Of a DNA stretch of 64,000 nt, positions 35,391 to 48,186 are shown in pieces (position 1 is the first letter of the stretch; every line of letters starts with the position of its first letter). The DNA is from Lama glama (lineage: Eukaryota), in NCBI GenBank assembly GCA_028534125.1, contig CM052816.1, positions 81,470,001 through 81,534,000 of the forward strand, in the 5' to 3' direction. The notes under the pieces were generated by a model. It was not told the DNA's origin and ran no database searches. It saw only the letters and a list, made by a program, of their open reading frames with translations. The translations under genes were made by a program, and so were the position numbers.

Positions 35391-37123
35391 CTAAATTGTC
35401 ATAAAGTCTTAAAAATGATATTTTTCAAGAATACATTAATTGATACAAAATGCCCATAGTATAACCCTTACGTGAAAAAAGCATGAATTAAAAACATGTT
35501 AAAATTCTAATTTCATGTATGCAAATGAATAGAAAAGTGGCAGGAAAAATACTCCAAAATGTTAGAAGTCATCTCAAAGTGGTAGAATTATTTGCCATTT
35601 TTTAACGTTCTTCCTTATATGTTTAAAAATTTGACAGTTGCTTTTATAATGAACTTATGAATACGTTAGTTCTTTTTTTTTTTTTCTATTTGGTTGCAAG
35701 ATACCGAAACCCAGCTCAAATATGCTTTAACCAAAAGGGGATCCTATTCTATCTCAGAAACAGAATGACCAGAGACTAGCCCTGCCTTGGCAATTACTGG
35801 AACTAGAAATGCAAATACTGCCTGTGTTCTTTCGATCTCAGCAGCCCTCCTCAGTACGTCCACTTTGTTTCCTCCCTACTTTCCAGAAGTTTTCTCTGAT
35901 CCAAGTAAGAGAAAATCTGAACTCCCTGGCTTCACAGTTCATAATCCTGGGATTCTTAAGAAAGACTAGAGCACCTGTTTCTGGATCCAAACTAGTTAAG
36001 GATTTGGGAGTATTAGATAAGTGCACCTCCCTGGCCAAGTCACTGCAGACTGAGGCAGAATCCTTGCTCACTAACACAGTGGCTTCCGTGGTAATCGTGT
36101 AGATGGGGTGTGTGTGTCTGGATGTGTGTGGCGGGGTGGGGGAGGGATGGAGGGGAAGAATAGTAGGTGGTTGTTTCCAGAAGGAAACAAGCTCTGTATT
36201 GGCAAAACAATAATCTTCACACCAACATGAAATTTTATTAAAATGAGAAAAAATTATACAGTATGTTATTTTTTAAATCTCTATAAATTGTTTTCACTAA
36301 CTTCTTAGCAAACCAGCACTGACTTACCGCTTTTTCTTTCAAATAGCTAAACTTATTCTTTACTAGCTTTCTCACAAATTCTTTCTACTTGCCATTTTCC
36401 CTATAAAATCTAGAAATTATTTGCTTCAACGCTGCCCTGTCATTTAGAGAAGAGGCACTCATGCCCTGAGGGATGACAGGACTTGCTAAGCATCCCCTGG
36501 GAGGGTAGCAGAATGTCATCTTCAGCATCTTTCTTGTCTGTTGCATTTCTTCTCTTCTGCCCAAACCACCCACCTTCATAACCTCTCTCCACATTTCAGC
36601 TCGTGCCCCCAAGTCTATTCAGAACTAAGTCTTGAAAGTAAAGCAAGCCTGGTAGTCCCATGGCATTGCAACCCTATTCTGCTGCATTTCCTAGACCTAG
36701 ACCCTCACTGGGAAACCTTGAGTCTTCTCCTGCATAATTAATCTAACTCCCTGAGTTTCAATAGAGCACACATAGAGCAAAGAGCTTTCAAGGATATACT
36801 GAAGAAGATATAGGCACATCCTGAGGGAAAGGAGCCTTATGCATTTATGCTACAGATTGTAGATCTGGGAGTCGAAATGCCTGAACACAACCAAACAATG
36901 AGATTGCTGTGAAAGGCTCCTCCCACTCACCCACCCCCAACTTCATTATGTATTCATTTTTTTAAAAAGCATACCATTGTACTAGTGGCAAAATGCAGGA
37001 TGTACTTAAAAGTATGGACTCGTAGGCCTGGGTTGATGAGTTGGCCACATCACGTGGCCTAATCCATCTTACAAAGAGAGCATGGTAAGAACGGTAATGA
37101 ACACGAAGAAGAGACTCACTCAG

Positions 37124-37632
37124 TGTGGCAGGCACCACACGCTAAAGTGGCTCCCAGTGGTCATGTTCTTGTCAGTCTTCCCTCCTTGAGTATGGGCTGG
37201 AGCGGGTGAATCTTGTCTAACAAATAGGGTGTGGCAAAAGTGATTAGGTTATGAAACACTGTGACTTTCATTTCTCTTTCTCATGTTTTAATTGCTTGGA
37301 TTGGGGAAAGCAAGCTGCCATTTTGTGAGTGTTCTTTGGAAAGGTTCACATGCCAAGAAACTGATGTCTCTAGTTAACAGCCATTGAGGACCTGAGCCAA
37401 GAACTGTGAGTAAACTTGGAAGCAGACCCTCCAACAGCTGAACGTTGAGGTGACTACAGCCCTCTCCAGAAACCTTGATTGCAGTCTTGTAAGAGAGCCT
37501 CAGCCAGAGGACCCAGCTAAGCCACGCCCAGATTCCTGACCTTCAGGAACTGTGAGATAATAAAAATGCTTTGTCATTTTATGCTACTAAATTTGGGGAT
37601 CATTTGTTATACAGCAGTTATTGGCTAATACA
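37124..37632 (+). mobile_element. MaLR (MLT1-type) solo LTR
   Basis: TG...CA ends; aactgtgagataataaaaatg...ctactaaatttgggg...tttgttatacagcag...ctaataca 3' signature. Confidence 0.8.
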
Positions 37633-38779
37633 CTCAGAAGCTACCTCATGTGAAGAAATTTATGAATAAATTTCATAAAATAAAGGCTAGTTACTGCTGA
37701 GCTGGAGACATTATAGATGAAAGAGAAATTTAAAGGGGAAAGATCTTACAAGAGCTGACAAATCTTTTTAGTAGAGCTGTTACTACACATCTGATGAAAT
37801 GTGATTTTGCCACAGTCCTATCAGAAGATCACCAAGGGTTTCCTAATAAAATTTGTTGTACATTTTTACTTTTGAATGATGCTTGTGGAAACAGGGCTCT
37901 CTTTAGAGAAAATGGGTGTGCATTATAAATTTCGATTTTTTTTGTCACTAAAATTGTTAAGTACTTATGAGTCTAAATCACTAAATACTTAGGAAAATTG
38001 ATTTCCTTCATTTTCAGCTAACAAAGTTGTTTCAGATTGAGGCAGCACAGTGTAGGGATCAACAGCACCCTGAAGTGAATCCAATTATGGGCAGACAAGT
38101 CTCTGTTTTTGCACACCTAGGTTTGTATCCTGATAATAAACTGGACAGCTTTACTTAGTCATACAGGTTGAAATGTGGTTTGAAAAAACATAAAATTATA
38201 CTATGAAATTTTCATTACATAAGAGGTTAAAAATTTTAGACTAGCGTTTCTTCACTTGGACACTCCTGTTTGCAGCATGAATGGATTTGATTCAAGGCTG
38301 GGTCAGTGGCTATTTCCCCGAAATGCCATCTATGTTTCTAAACACACTTTTCCACCCAAGAACTGATCTCATCAACTGCAGTGATCTTACTTGAACTGAC
38401 ATTGGCCCTTATGAAATAAAATGGAGAGTATTAGTCCTAAATTTCAAGTTTTACTTAGAACACCCATTATTTCATTTTTACCCCTGGTAGCAGAATTGTT
38501 TTACGTACTTGAATCAAGGAAAATTTTTATCTTTGCCTTCATTTTCCATATCCCTTTAGATCCTAAGACACATATTAGGGGAGCTCTGCTGGGGACAGAG
38601 CAGGTGAGTTATTTTTAAGAGGGGGTAATTTGAGAGCTCAAAGTAGTTCTCCATTCATTTAATTAAACAACATCAGAAACACCTGCTGTGGCCAGGCCCT
38701 GCGCCCTACTAGAGGTCTCTTGTGCCTAAAACATGGGCTCTTCCCTCAAGAAATCTACACTCAAGTATCAAGATAAATT

Positions 38780-41345
38780 CCAGCAGATATAAAAGAACAC
38801 TTAACTAAATATGGAGACCCGTGCCCCTGGAGGGAAAGACTCAACATTATAAGAGTGTTGGTTTTCCTCAAGTTTATGTTAAAATGCAACTCAATCTCAA
38901 ACTAAGTCCCAAACCAAATTTGACCCCCATGAAACGACTCTAGAGTTTGCCTAGAAAAGCTAAACGTGAAACATGAAGAAAATTTTGGAGAAAGAAGAGT
39001 GAGGAGGAAGATGTCCCCTGCAGATAATAAGGTATATGATATCATTATCATCTCCGAATACAAAATACCAGAAATCAAAACAGAAGAGGCAGGAAAGTGA
39101 AAAAGAATAAAGTTGAAAAACGGAACCAAGAAGATTTAAGAACTTAGCATAGTATTACTTTGCCTTTCCAAGCACTGAATTGATTTTCAGTCAGAAGTGA
39201 TTGTTTAATAAATGCAGTTAGAGCAACTGGCTAACCATTTGCAAAAAGAAAATTAAAATGTAATCGAGACTCCTACCTCGTATTTATATGTAAGTCAGAT
39301 TAAATATTTAACATAACAAATAAAACCATGAAAAAAACAAGAAGAAAATATAGGTGGATATTTTTATACTCAGGGGATGGGAAAGACTTATTTAAATACA
39401 GTGTCAAAGGTACAGCCTTACGGACTGTTCAGCTCTCGTGGATAAGGCGAGTTTTCCAGAGTGGTTATTACAGCTTACACATCTATCATAGAGTTCTGGT
39501 CGCTCCATTTCTTGCCCCAAACTGATAGTCAGTTTAAAGTTTTTTACACATTTTGGTAACTGTAAGGTAGTGTCTCATTGTGATTTTAATTTGCATTTTC
39601 TTGACAACTAATAATGTTAAGAACATTTTCTTTGCTTATAAATATGCATAATTTTTTTTAAATGGAGATACTGGGGATTAAACCCAGGACCTTGTGCATG
39701 CTAAGCATGTGCTCTGCCACTGAGCTATGCCCACCCCCCCATATGCATACACTTTTTAATCACCCTAGGTAATAAATAGAATGACAAGTGATTTTTTTTA
39801 ACTTCTAAAACATAAAACTTTATTATATTTCTGGTTATGTCCTGACAGGTGTTTTTAATATGTTCTTAATTTTTGACATTTTCTGAATTTTTTGCAAGAG
39901 AATATATTATTTTTATATTTGAAAGAAATGCCCAGAAATATTTCTACTTTATTTTGGAATGAATAGCAATAAAAATGTAATCCTAAATAACTTGACAGAA
40001 TATCCACAATTCAATCATGAGCAATGTCATTTGAGGTCAGGTACTTCATTTAAATTGCAAAAGATATACCTATTGCCCATATCTTTCTAAATACTATTTC
40101 ATCTTTAAAAGCCATCAGGGCCCCTTGGCGGAATGGCTGAGTCCGGGACTGGGGCAGAGAAAGCACAGGATGAGCCAGGAACACAGGAAGATCTTGATGT
40201 ACCAGAAAGTAAGGAAATTAAAAAAAACGGGGGAAAAAAAAGAGAGAGAGAGATGAAAATCTGTTAAAAGAACACAGGAGTGAGTTGGAAGGAGAACCTC
40301 CCCCAACCCCCAGCCACTTCTGGGATAATTTTTTAGCTAAAAGTAAAGCAGGACAGTAAAGGATTATAAATCCTTGAATAAAGTAGAAGTCCATCAATTT
40401 ATGCTGATAATAAATAGATCAATACATAAATGGGGCTGAGGAAGGGAGGGTCTTCCTTACAGGGAAATACAGATTGATACGTGTTGGGGGGAGGAATAGA
40501 GTTAAGAGATCACATTTTGCAACCATCATAGTGAACAATGATTTAGGCAAGAAATAGCAATGATTGCTAAATCTAGGGGGAACAGTTTGATGAGGAACAG
40601 GATATTTACAGAATTCTAAAGTATCTCTCCACAAATTGCTTGTTAGTTGCAAGGGAAAAATAGTAACTACGCAGTGGAGAAACCAGACAACACCTGAATC
40701 AGTTGATCAAAATTAACCGGCAAGGGCCAGATTGACATGGTGTGAGCCTAGATATGAAACCCCGAGAAGAACAGAACATCACTTGTGTGCTATTCTGCAC
40801 ACAGTGGCCCATGAATCAAGTCATGAAGAAGCACAAAGCAAGTCCAGCCAAAGAACATTCTACCAGTTTATAGTCTTTAAATATATCAGTGTCATGAAAG
40901 GCTAAGAAATACTCAAGAACTTATCCAGATTAAAGAAATATGACAATTTAATGCACATGTGATCCTTATTTGAAGCTTCTACTAGAAGGAAAAATGCTAT
41001 AAAGAATTTTATTGGTATAATTGACAAAATTGGAATATGGATTTCAGAATAGAAAAAAGTATGGATGAAGGTTAAATTTCTGATTTAATATTTATTTTGT
41101 GATTATGTGAGAAACTATCCTTGTTCTTAGGAACTATGCAATGAAGTATTAATAATATAGTGAAGGTATGGTCTATATAACCTCAAATGGTTCAGAAAAA
41201 CAAATAATTGCAAAGAGAAAGAATAATCAAATATGATGAAACATAAGAAAAAAGATTATTCTGGATAAAGGCTATATGAGAGTTCTTTGTAATTTTGGCA
41301 ACTTTTCTTTACATTGAAATTATTCAAAATAGAAAGTTTAAAAAT
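38780..41345. mobile_element. Mosaic of old L1M fragments in both orientations
   Basis: Degenerate L1 ORF2 and 3'UTR motifs; boundaries approximate. Confidence 0.55.
39651..39740 (-). mobile_element. tRNA-derived SINE (Vic-1-like), short form
   Basis: ctggggattaaacccaggaccttgtgcatgctaagcatgtgctctgccactgagctat; TSD ATATGCATA at 39642-39650 and 39741-39749. Confidence 0.9.
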
Positions 41346-41560
41346 GCACATAGTCATAGTTATGGCTTGATATTGAATTACTTTATCCCCAAAACACACA
41401 TTTGCTTAACTGAGATACTCACATGGAAATAATATCTGAGGTAGGAGAAGAACAAAATGATAATTTGGGAGCATTATAGGCATGCCCATCATCTCTTCCT
41501 TAATGAAAGACATGAAGGGGAGTAGACCATGGTAATGGGTCTCAGAAATGGAAGATGGTG

Positions 41561-42052
41561 TCTCCGGCTGGAAAGATGAATGCTGAATGTCCTGAGAGGT
41601 CAGTTTGCCATCAGACATGGCTCATGGACATGGACATGAACATGATCATAGTTAAGTGGGACTTCCAGAGTATAAACAATAGATGATAGAAGGGATACCA
41701 TTAGAAACTGTCCAGGAGAAGCTGGCCACACGATGGCTAAGAGACCTGTGGGGCCACAATGAAGCTTGGCGATACGAGAGTGGCTTTGCAAACTATGTTT
41801 TCTTTGTCAGTGCACTATTAAAATAATTCAAATGGGAATTGGCTGCATTTGTGGTAGCTGTAGGGGCTGAAAAGCTGTAGGGCCTAAAAAGAAGATAAAG
41901 AGCATCAATGAAGATACAACTTGGAAGTATCTTAGTGGCTTCTTAACTGTCTCATTAAAATAAAATTTCTTCACTGTAAAAAACACAGCAAGAAAGAAAG
42001 GAAATAAGAAAGGAAAGGAAGGAAGGAAGGAAGAGAAAGAAGGAAAGAAAGA
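41561..42052 (+). pseudogene. NDUFB3: NDUFB3 processed pseudogene (retrocopy of the complex I B12 subunit mRNA)
   Basis: From ATG 41617 reads [82 protein letters not shown], matching recalled NDUFB3; intronless; AATAAA 41959-41964; A-rich tail; perfect 17-bp TSD AGAAATGGAAGATGGTG at 41544-41560 and 42053-42069. Confidence 0.95.
41990..42052. repeat. (GAAA)n/(GGAA)n purine microsatellite derived from the retrocopy poly(A) tail
   Basis: Lies between the NDUFB3 poly(A) start and the right TSD. Confidence 0.85.
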
Positions 42053-44279
42053 AGAAATGGAAGATGGTGGGACCTCCTTGTTTACAGCACATCACTTTGT
42101 TACTCTCGTTTGCTTTGCCCCTGATGAAAAGCTAAGCGCAGTGGTTAAGATCACAGTAGCCAGTGTGGTGGTAAGAGCCACACACTAGTACTTCATCTCC
42201 TTTGTTTCAGCCATTAAATCCCATCAGACAACCAACTGATTTCCCAGTCTCTTCTTCCTAAATCTTAATTCCAAACCAAACTCCCACTCCCAAGATTTGA
42301 ATTTTAGTTCAAATTGCAGTGGTCTTTTTAGGTTTATTTTTCTATAATAAACAAAGAACTCCTATATTTTGGAAGTTAGACAATTTGAAAGATGCCTTTC
42401 CATAAACAAGTGAACAAATAGACCACCAATGCAAGGAACTTTTCTCGAAGAAAGTTTCTCAAAGAAACCGGGGGGAGGTGTCTGTGGTCACTGGAATGGG
42501 ACAGCTTTGCCTTTGAAACCTCACTGATCTGGCCTTTGTAAAAAGCAAACTTAAACTATTTTCCACCTCCCCTTCTCAACCATTATTGAGACAAATAAAT
42601 AAAAATAAAACTGGTAGGCCAAACCCAAAGGCTACATATAGCTATGACTTAGACTTGGCCAAATGATCTTTGGAAGAGACATTAAGGTTTTAGGTCGTTA
42701 AGCACTAGTTAGTACAATGAGGCAAATGTACCTGTTTAAGAGGAGGCCAATGGGAAAAAGGAGTTAATGGCGCTTCTAAAGGTACGTGCTGTTCACCCTG
42801 GGATGTGAATCCACAGTAGGGGAAGATGGCTAATTTTAGTTGAAACTTACTACATTTATGTTATAAGGGCTTCTTTCTTTTATTTTAAAAGCATCTATTC
42901 ATAATCATGTATTAACTTTGCCCAAGAAGCTAAAAATAGTAGGGGAACCAAAAAAGGTAAACATATGTCAAGGCCATCTTTATTAAGAAACTCCTTGGGA
43001 GAGTGAAATTGCTTTTCAATGGCTCATCTCAAATTCTGCGTCTTAGTTAACCGCAGCTTCTGCAGCTTAATTTTCCTGCCACTGGGGTCTCTCTGTTTCC
43101 TTAGTGAGTAGCCGTTCTAGAGCTCCTTGGGAGCAGTCACTCAAGAAACAGTCCTTAAAGCCACAGGAAAAAAAAGGATGTCAGAGACTATGTGAATGTT
43201 ATGTCACCTGGAGCAATAAATTGGAACATAAGATGCTTTATTCATCAGTCCGTACTCAACCTGAGACATGGAATCTATCTACCAGAAACACTCAGCATGC
43301 AGATGTTTGTACAAAGGGATTCATTGCAGCACTGTTGCAATAGTGAAGTTGGAACATAATAGTAATAAGTTAGATGTCCATCATTACAGAACTGATCAAA
43401 TTGTTTGCCCAGACTATGAAAAACTTTGCAGCCATTGAAAAGAATGAGGTAGAGGTAAATGCACAGATGCGGGGAGATCCCCAAGATATGTTATGTGGAG
43501 AAAGCAACTTGCAGAACAACGTATTCAGCATGACCCTTTTACATTAAAAATCTGTATAACATATGTGCATGCGGTGCATGTAAATGCATAGAATGGGGAT
43601 ACAATGATCGCTAAACCACAGTCCTGGCTAATTTGGGGGAAGGACATGAAAATGGTGGTGAGGTTGAAAGGTGACTTTCGTATTTTTCTCTCTGGAATTG
43701 ATCTGTGTTTGAATCTTTTATCATAAGAATGAGTTCATGTTACTTGTGTAGTTTTCAAAAGATCATTTGATGCATTCAGTGTCCTAAAAAGAAGTACTAA
43801 ATTCATTGAACTTCTCTGGTATCTGACCTCATTCCACCCACAACCGCCTTTAAGAGCTGAAAAACGAGAGATGATTTCTGTGACAGTTTTTAAATTCATG
43901 CTCAGGTCACTTCACTGGTTTGACATTTTTGTCCTGCCCTCACAGTTGGAGGGTCTCTTCCTGTCTCTCTAGAGCAGACCAACTTTTCTTCTCTTCCGGA
44001 CTGCTGCGTTAACCTGCTTGTTTTTCTCGGCCAGACTGCTCCTGGCCCTGGTGTCCACTGTTTAAGATCTCTGGCCTGTGGAATGAGTGTCCAGTCAGCT
44101 GTCACTAAATTACTTATTTGGATGAGGGGGGCTGATGGAGGCTCAGAGTTCTACTGGCAGTTAACAACAATTCCTCTTGATTACTGACTTGGCTGTTATA
44201 CCTCAAAAAGAGGGAAGTTCTTTGACTCTAAATACAAGCCAGACTGCTCTAAGGAAGTCTGAGTCCAGGAAACTCTTCT

Positions 44280-44700
44280 TACTCTGCGCTTCAGTTATCT
44301 GTTTCTCAAGAATGGATGGCTCACCTCTGCTGCACATGGCAGTGGCTGGGACTACTCAGCTGGAGGACAGGATTCAGTTTCAAGATGCCTTACCCGCATG
44401 GCTGGCAAATTGTGCTGTTAAATGGGAGCTCAGTCAGGGCCGTGGGCCAGGGGCCTCAGTTCCTTTCTATGTGGGCCTCTAAACAGAATGTTTGGATTTC
44501 CTCACAGTGCGGTGGCTGATTCCAGGAACAAACATCCCAAGAGAACAAAGCAGATGTCCATATGTATAACCTACCCTCAGACGTGACGTGAGGGCAATTC
44601 CATCACCCCCCATTAGTGGAGGCAGCCTCAAGTTCTACTCAGGTTCAAGAGGAGGGGATATAGACTCTAACTCTTGGCTGGGGGCAGATGCAAGTCATCT
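44280..44700 (-). mobile_element. MaLR (MLT1-type) LTR fragment
   Basis: ttcaagatg...catggctggcaa...ggggcctcagttcctttctatgtgggcctct motifs. Confidence 0.6.
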
Positions 44701-44909
44701 ACTGGCCACCTTGGTTTTGAGAGATGGCATAGGCAGGGCTGATTACTGGATCTGAAGTTGAAATAATAGCACTCAAGCAATGCAAAGACTGGGAAACTGA
44801 TCTTCCCAGATCTTCCTCAAACAGACCTTCTGTTGCTTGGCTGATAATAAATTTTCCAAAACCCCAAACACCTTCAAATGCAAATGCAAATGCAAAAAGC
44901 ATAATAATT

Positions 44910-45183
44910 AAACAGCTCAAAATATGGCTCAGAATAGTATCTGTAGCCTTTGAGGAGGAACTAAAGATCCTTGACTTTGTTTAAGAGCTAAACTATTACT
45001 GTTTTGTCTTGCTTGACTGTTTTCCTTTCTTTGTGCATTTTCTCACTTCTCTGATTAAACGTACTCTTTGGACTCTTTGGAACTCGGGGAAGCCTAGGAG
45101 ACTGAAGTTTTTCTACAGACAAGAGGCAGGCAGGGGGGCATGAGGGGGTGGGGTCTGTTCTGGGAAGGTCCTGCTCTGTTACA
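44910..45183 (-). mobile_element. Probable ERV LTR fragment of the type seen in cetartiodactyls
   Basis: Reverse strand begins TGTAACAGAGCAGGACC; sequence resembles a recalled artiodactyl LTR; no TSD found. Confidence 0.55.
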
Positions 45184-45734
45184 AATTGATGGGGAAGGGT
45201 TTTGCTGGGGAGAAAGTAGTAGAGACTGGTTGTGGCCAACTTCAGGAGGGTATTGTGAAAATTGCTACGTGGTGCTGAAGAGTATTGTGAGCTTCTAGAG
45301 AAGGGGCTATAGAAAGAAATGCAAACTAGTACCAGATTTTGTCTTTTAAAGATGGTAGGAGATGGGAGAATATGGATACACCCTGGAAAAACTCCTCTGC
45401 CCTTTGGCAGGTTAAGCAGTAGGAGGGGGAGGAGCATGAAGAGACAGGGAGGGAGGGAGGGAGCTCTCCACTTCAGGAGGGGATGGAGCAGGAAGCTACT
45501 TAGGAAATTCCATGTCAGCTAGGGATGGTGGCCATGGGCGGTTGGCAGAAATTCACTCATCCCTGCCATGAAGCATTTATAGAGATGAAGCTAAATGTAG
45601 GAGGGTGGCAGCTGGGGAGGGAGATGTTTGGATTGGCACCAGGGCAAAGTAAGCAGAGGCAGCTACAAGTGAACAAATGGATTCCTTTTGTCTATGGAGG
45701 AGAAAAAAGACGCAACATCACCCCGCTGCCCCCA

Positions 45735-46830
45735 GAACTGGAAAATAGGCAAATCTGGAGAGATACAAAGTAGATTTCTGATCGCCTAGGGAGGAGGGGG
45801 AGGGGGAGAGAAGAGGAGAATGACTGCTAGTGAGTGAGTAGGTGTTTTGTGGGGAGGGGGGTGAAAATGTTCTAAAACCGATTGTGCCTATGGTTGTACA
45901 ACTCTGTGAATACACTATAAACCATTGAATGGTACAATTTAAATAGGTAAATGGTGTGGTATATGAATTATATCTCAGTAGTGCTCATATTTCAAAAAAG
46001 CAAATCTGAAATTTAAATAAAAATACACCTATGTGTAGATTTTTAAAAATTGTAATGCTGCATAGAAAAAGCTAATACAGCATCTACTTGTTCACCACTG
46101 TGTCCCTGTTCTTTTTCCAAATCATGTAATCCCCTTTGTTAGTTTCTTCTGTGTCTTTCCAGGGCAGTAACAATGGATACTAAGCAGATAAGAATATACA
46201 TCCTTTTGTTCTTCCTGGTTTTACATAAAAGGAAGTTTATTGTATAAACTGTTCTGTTCCTTGTATTTTTCTCTATACATGTCAGGGATCTTTCCATATT
46301 AGCACACAGAGAACTTCCTCATTTTTACAGGACATGGTCTTCCATTATGTGGATGTTCTACTGTTTATTTAGTGAGTCTTTTACTGATGAACCTTTGGAT
46401 TATTTCCGGTCTCTCACTTCTACAACATTACAATGAACAACCACGTACGTTTGTCATTTCATACATGGTTTCCCCTTACTTTTGCCTACACATTATATTA
46501 CCAAACTTGTCAATCTAGTTCGTGAAATGGTATTACTGGTGTAGTTTTAATGTTCCTTTATTATTAGTAAAGTCAAGCTTTATTTCATATTTAAGAGCCA
46601 GCTGTACTTGTTTTTCTGGGAACTGTTAATGTTTTGTGTCCATTTTTTCCCATTTGCCACATGTCTTTGTGGGGTTTTTTCCCCTTCTTTTTAATGGAAT
46701 CATATTTATCAATGTTTTCTTTCATGATTCTGACTGGGGGTGAGAAACACTTCTTCTTTTCAATGTTATAAAAGATTTTACCTATATGGTGTTGTTCTGG
46801 TACTTCTATGGTTTCTTCACTAGATGCTTT
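45735..46830. mobile_element. L1M 3' end (+) followed by an older antisense L1M fragment
   Basis: aaaatgttctaaaa...ggttgtacaactctgtgaatacactataaaccattgaa...tatgaattatatctca L1MB-type tail. Confidence 0.65.
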
Positions 46831-47229
46831 GAAGTATTTATCAAAATTAAAAGTTGAAAGAAAAAAGAAAACAGCTAGCAATATTTAAGGTGAATGCTTA
46901 TTAAGAATAAACCTAGCAATATTTAAGGCTAACTTGTAAAGGTATCTAGAGATAACAGTTTATTTAAATAAAGATAAATTAACTATTTTAACAAAAATAA
47001 ACATTAAATGCCACTGTATCCTTAATCAGTTAAGAAATGGTCTGTATATGAGGGTGGATACTTAGCAATCAGGTAAATCTTGAAAGTTTCTCAGGTTTGA
47101 ACTTTGCGCAAGTCTGGAAAGGAAAAGAGGTGAAGTCTATTTTCAGTTGCCTCTGGGCTCACCTTTTATCAGTAGAATGGGGCAAAGGTAATATTGTCCA
47201 ATATCTGAGCCTTGTACAACATCTCTTCC

Positions 47230-48186
47230 TCTTGGAACTCAGATGCCTTGTGAAGAAGACTGGGCCAGCCGGCTGGAGACCTAGAGCCAGCATCAATTCC
47301 CATGTATGTGTGTGAGGCCATGTTAAGCCAACCAGCCAAAGTCAAGCTGCAGTTTGACTCCAGCCATATGAGTGACCCCGTGGGAGACCAGCAAAACAGC
47401 TCAGCTGAGGCCAGCCCAAATTGCTGAACCTTGGAATAATGAGCAAATAGTTGCTGTTTTAAGCCACTATTTTGGGGACATGGTTTGTTAAACAGCAATC
47501 AATAACTCCTACAAACGTTTTTCTGAGGAATTATGAATAAAGAAAAAACAGGATCCAATATACTGAAAGGTAGGTTAGATTTTGTTCATTAATTTGTTCA
47601 TTCACACACTCCATCTTCATGTCAAAAGGATTCAAGACCTCAAGGTGATCCCCAGGGATCCCTATCTTCTGATGTTCATTCATTTATATCATCCTGTCCT
47701 CTTGCGTGTGGGCTGAAACTAATGACTGTTTCTAACCAATGGAATATGGCAACAGAGATGGGATGTCATCCCTACGATGATGTTACATTATATACATCTC
47801 CATTATGCTAACAGATTCACACCAGGGATTTGCCTTGTTGGCTTGATGAAGTAAGCAGCAATGTTGAAGAAGCTCATTCAGCAAGAAACCCTGTGCAGCC
47901 TCTCAGAGCCAAGGGTGGCCTTCAGCCAACAGCCAACAAGAAACAGAAGCCCTCAGTTCTATAAACCTCAGGAAATGAGTTCTGCCAATAGCCTGAGCAG
48001 ACTTGAAAGGCAATTCTTTCCCAATTGAGCCGCCAGATGAGAATGCAGCTCAGCTGACAACTTGATTGCATCCTTGTGAGTCCCACAGTAGAGGATACAG
48101 CTCAGCTGTGCCTAACGCCTTCCCCACGGAAACTGTGAGATGATAAATGTCTCCTGTTTGTTGTACAGCATAGAAGACTAATATAG
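47230..48186 (+). mobile_element. Two MaLR (MLT1-type) LTR pieces
   Basis: tgctgttttaagccactattttgggg (~47455) and aactgtgagatgataaatg (~48131) 3' signatures. Confidence 0.7.
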
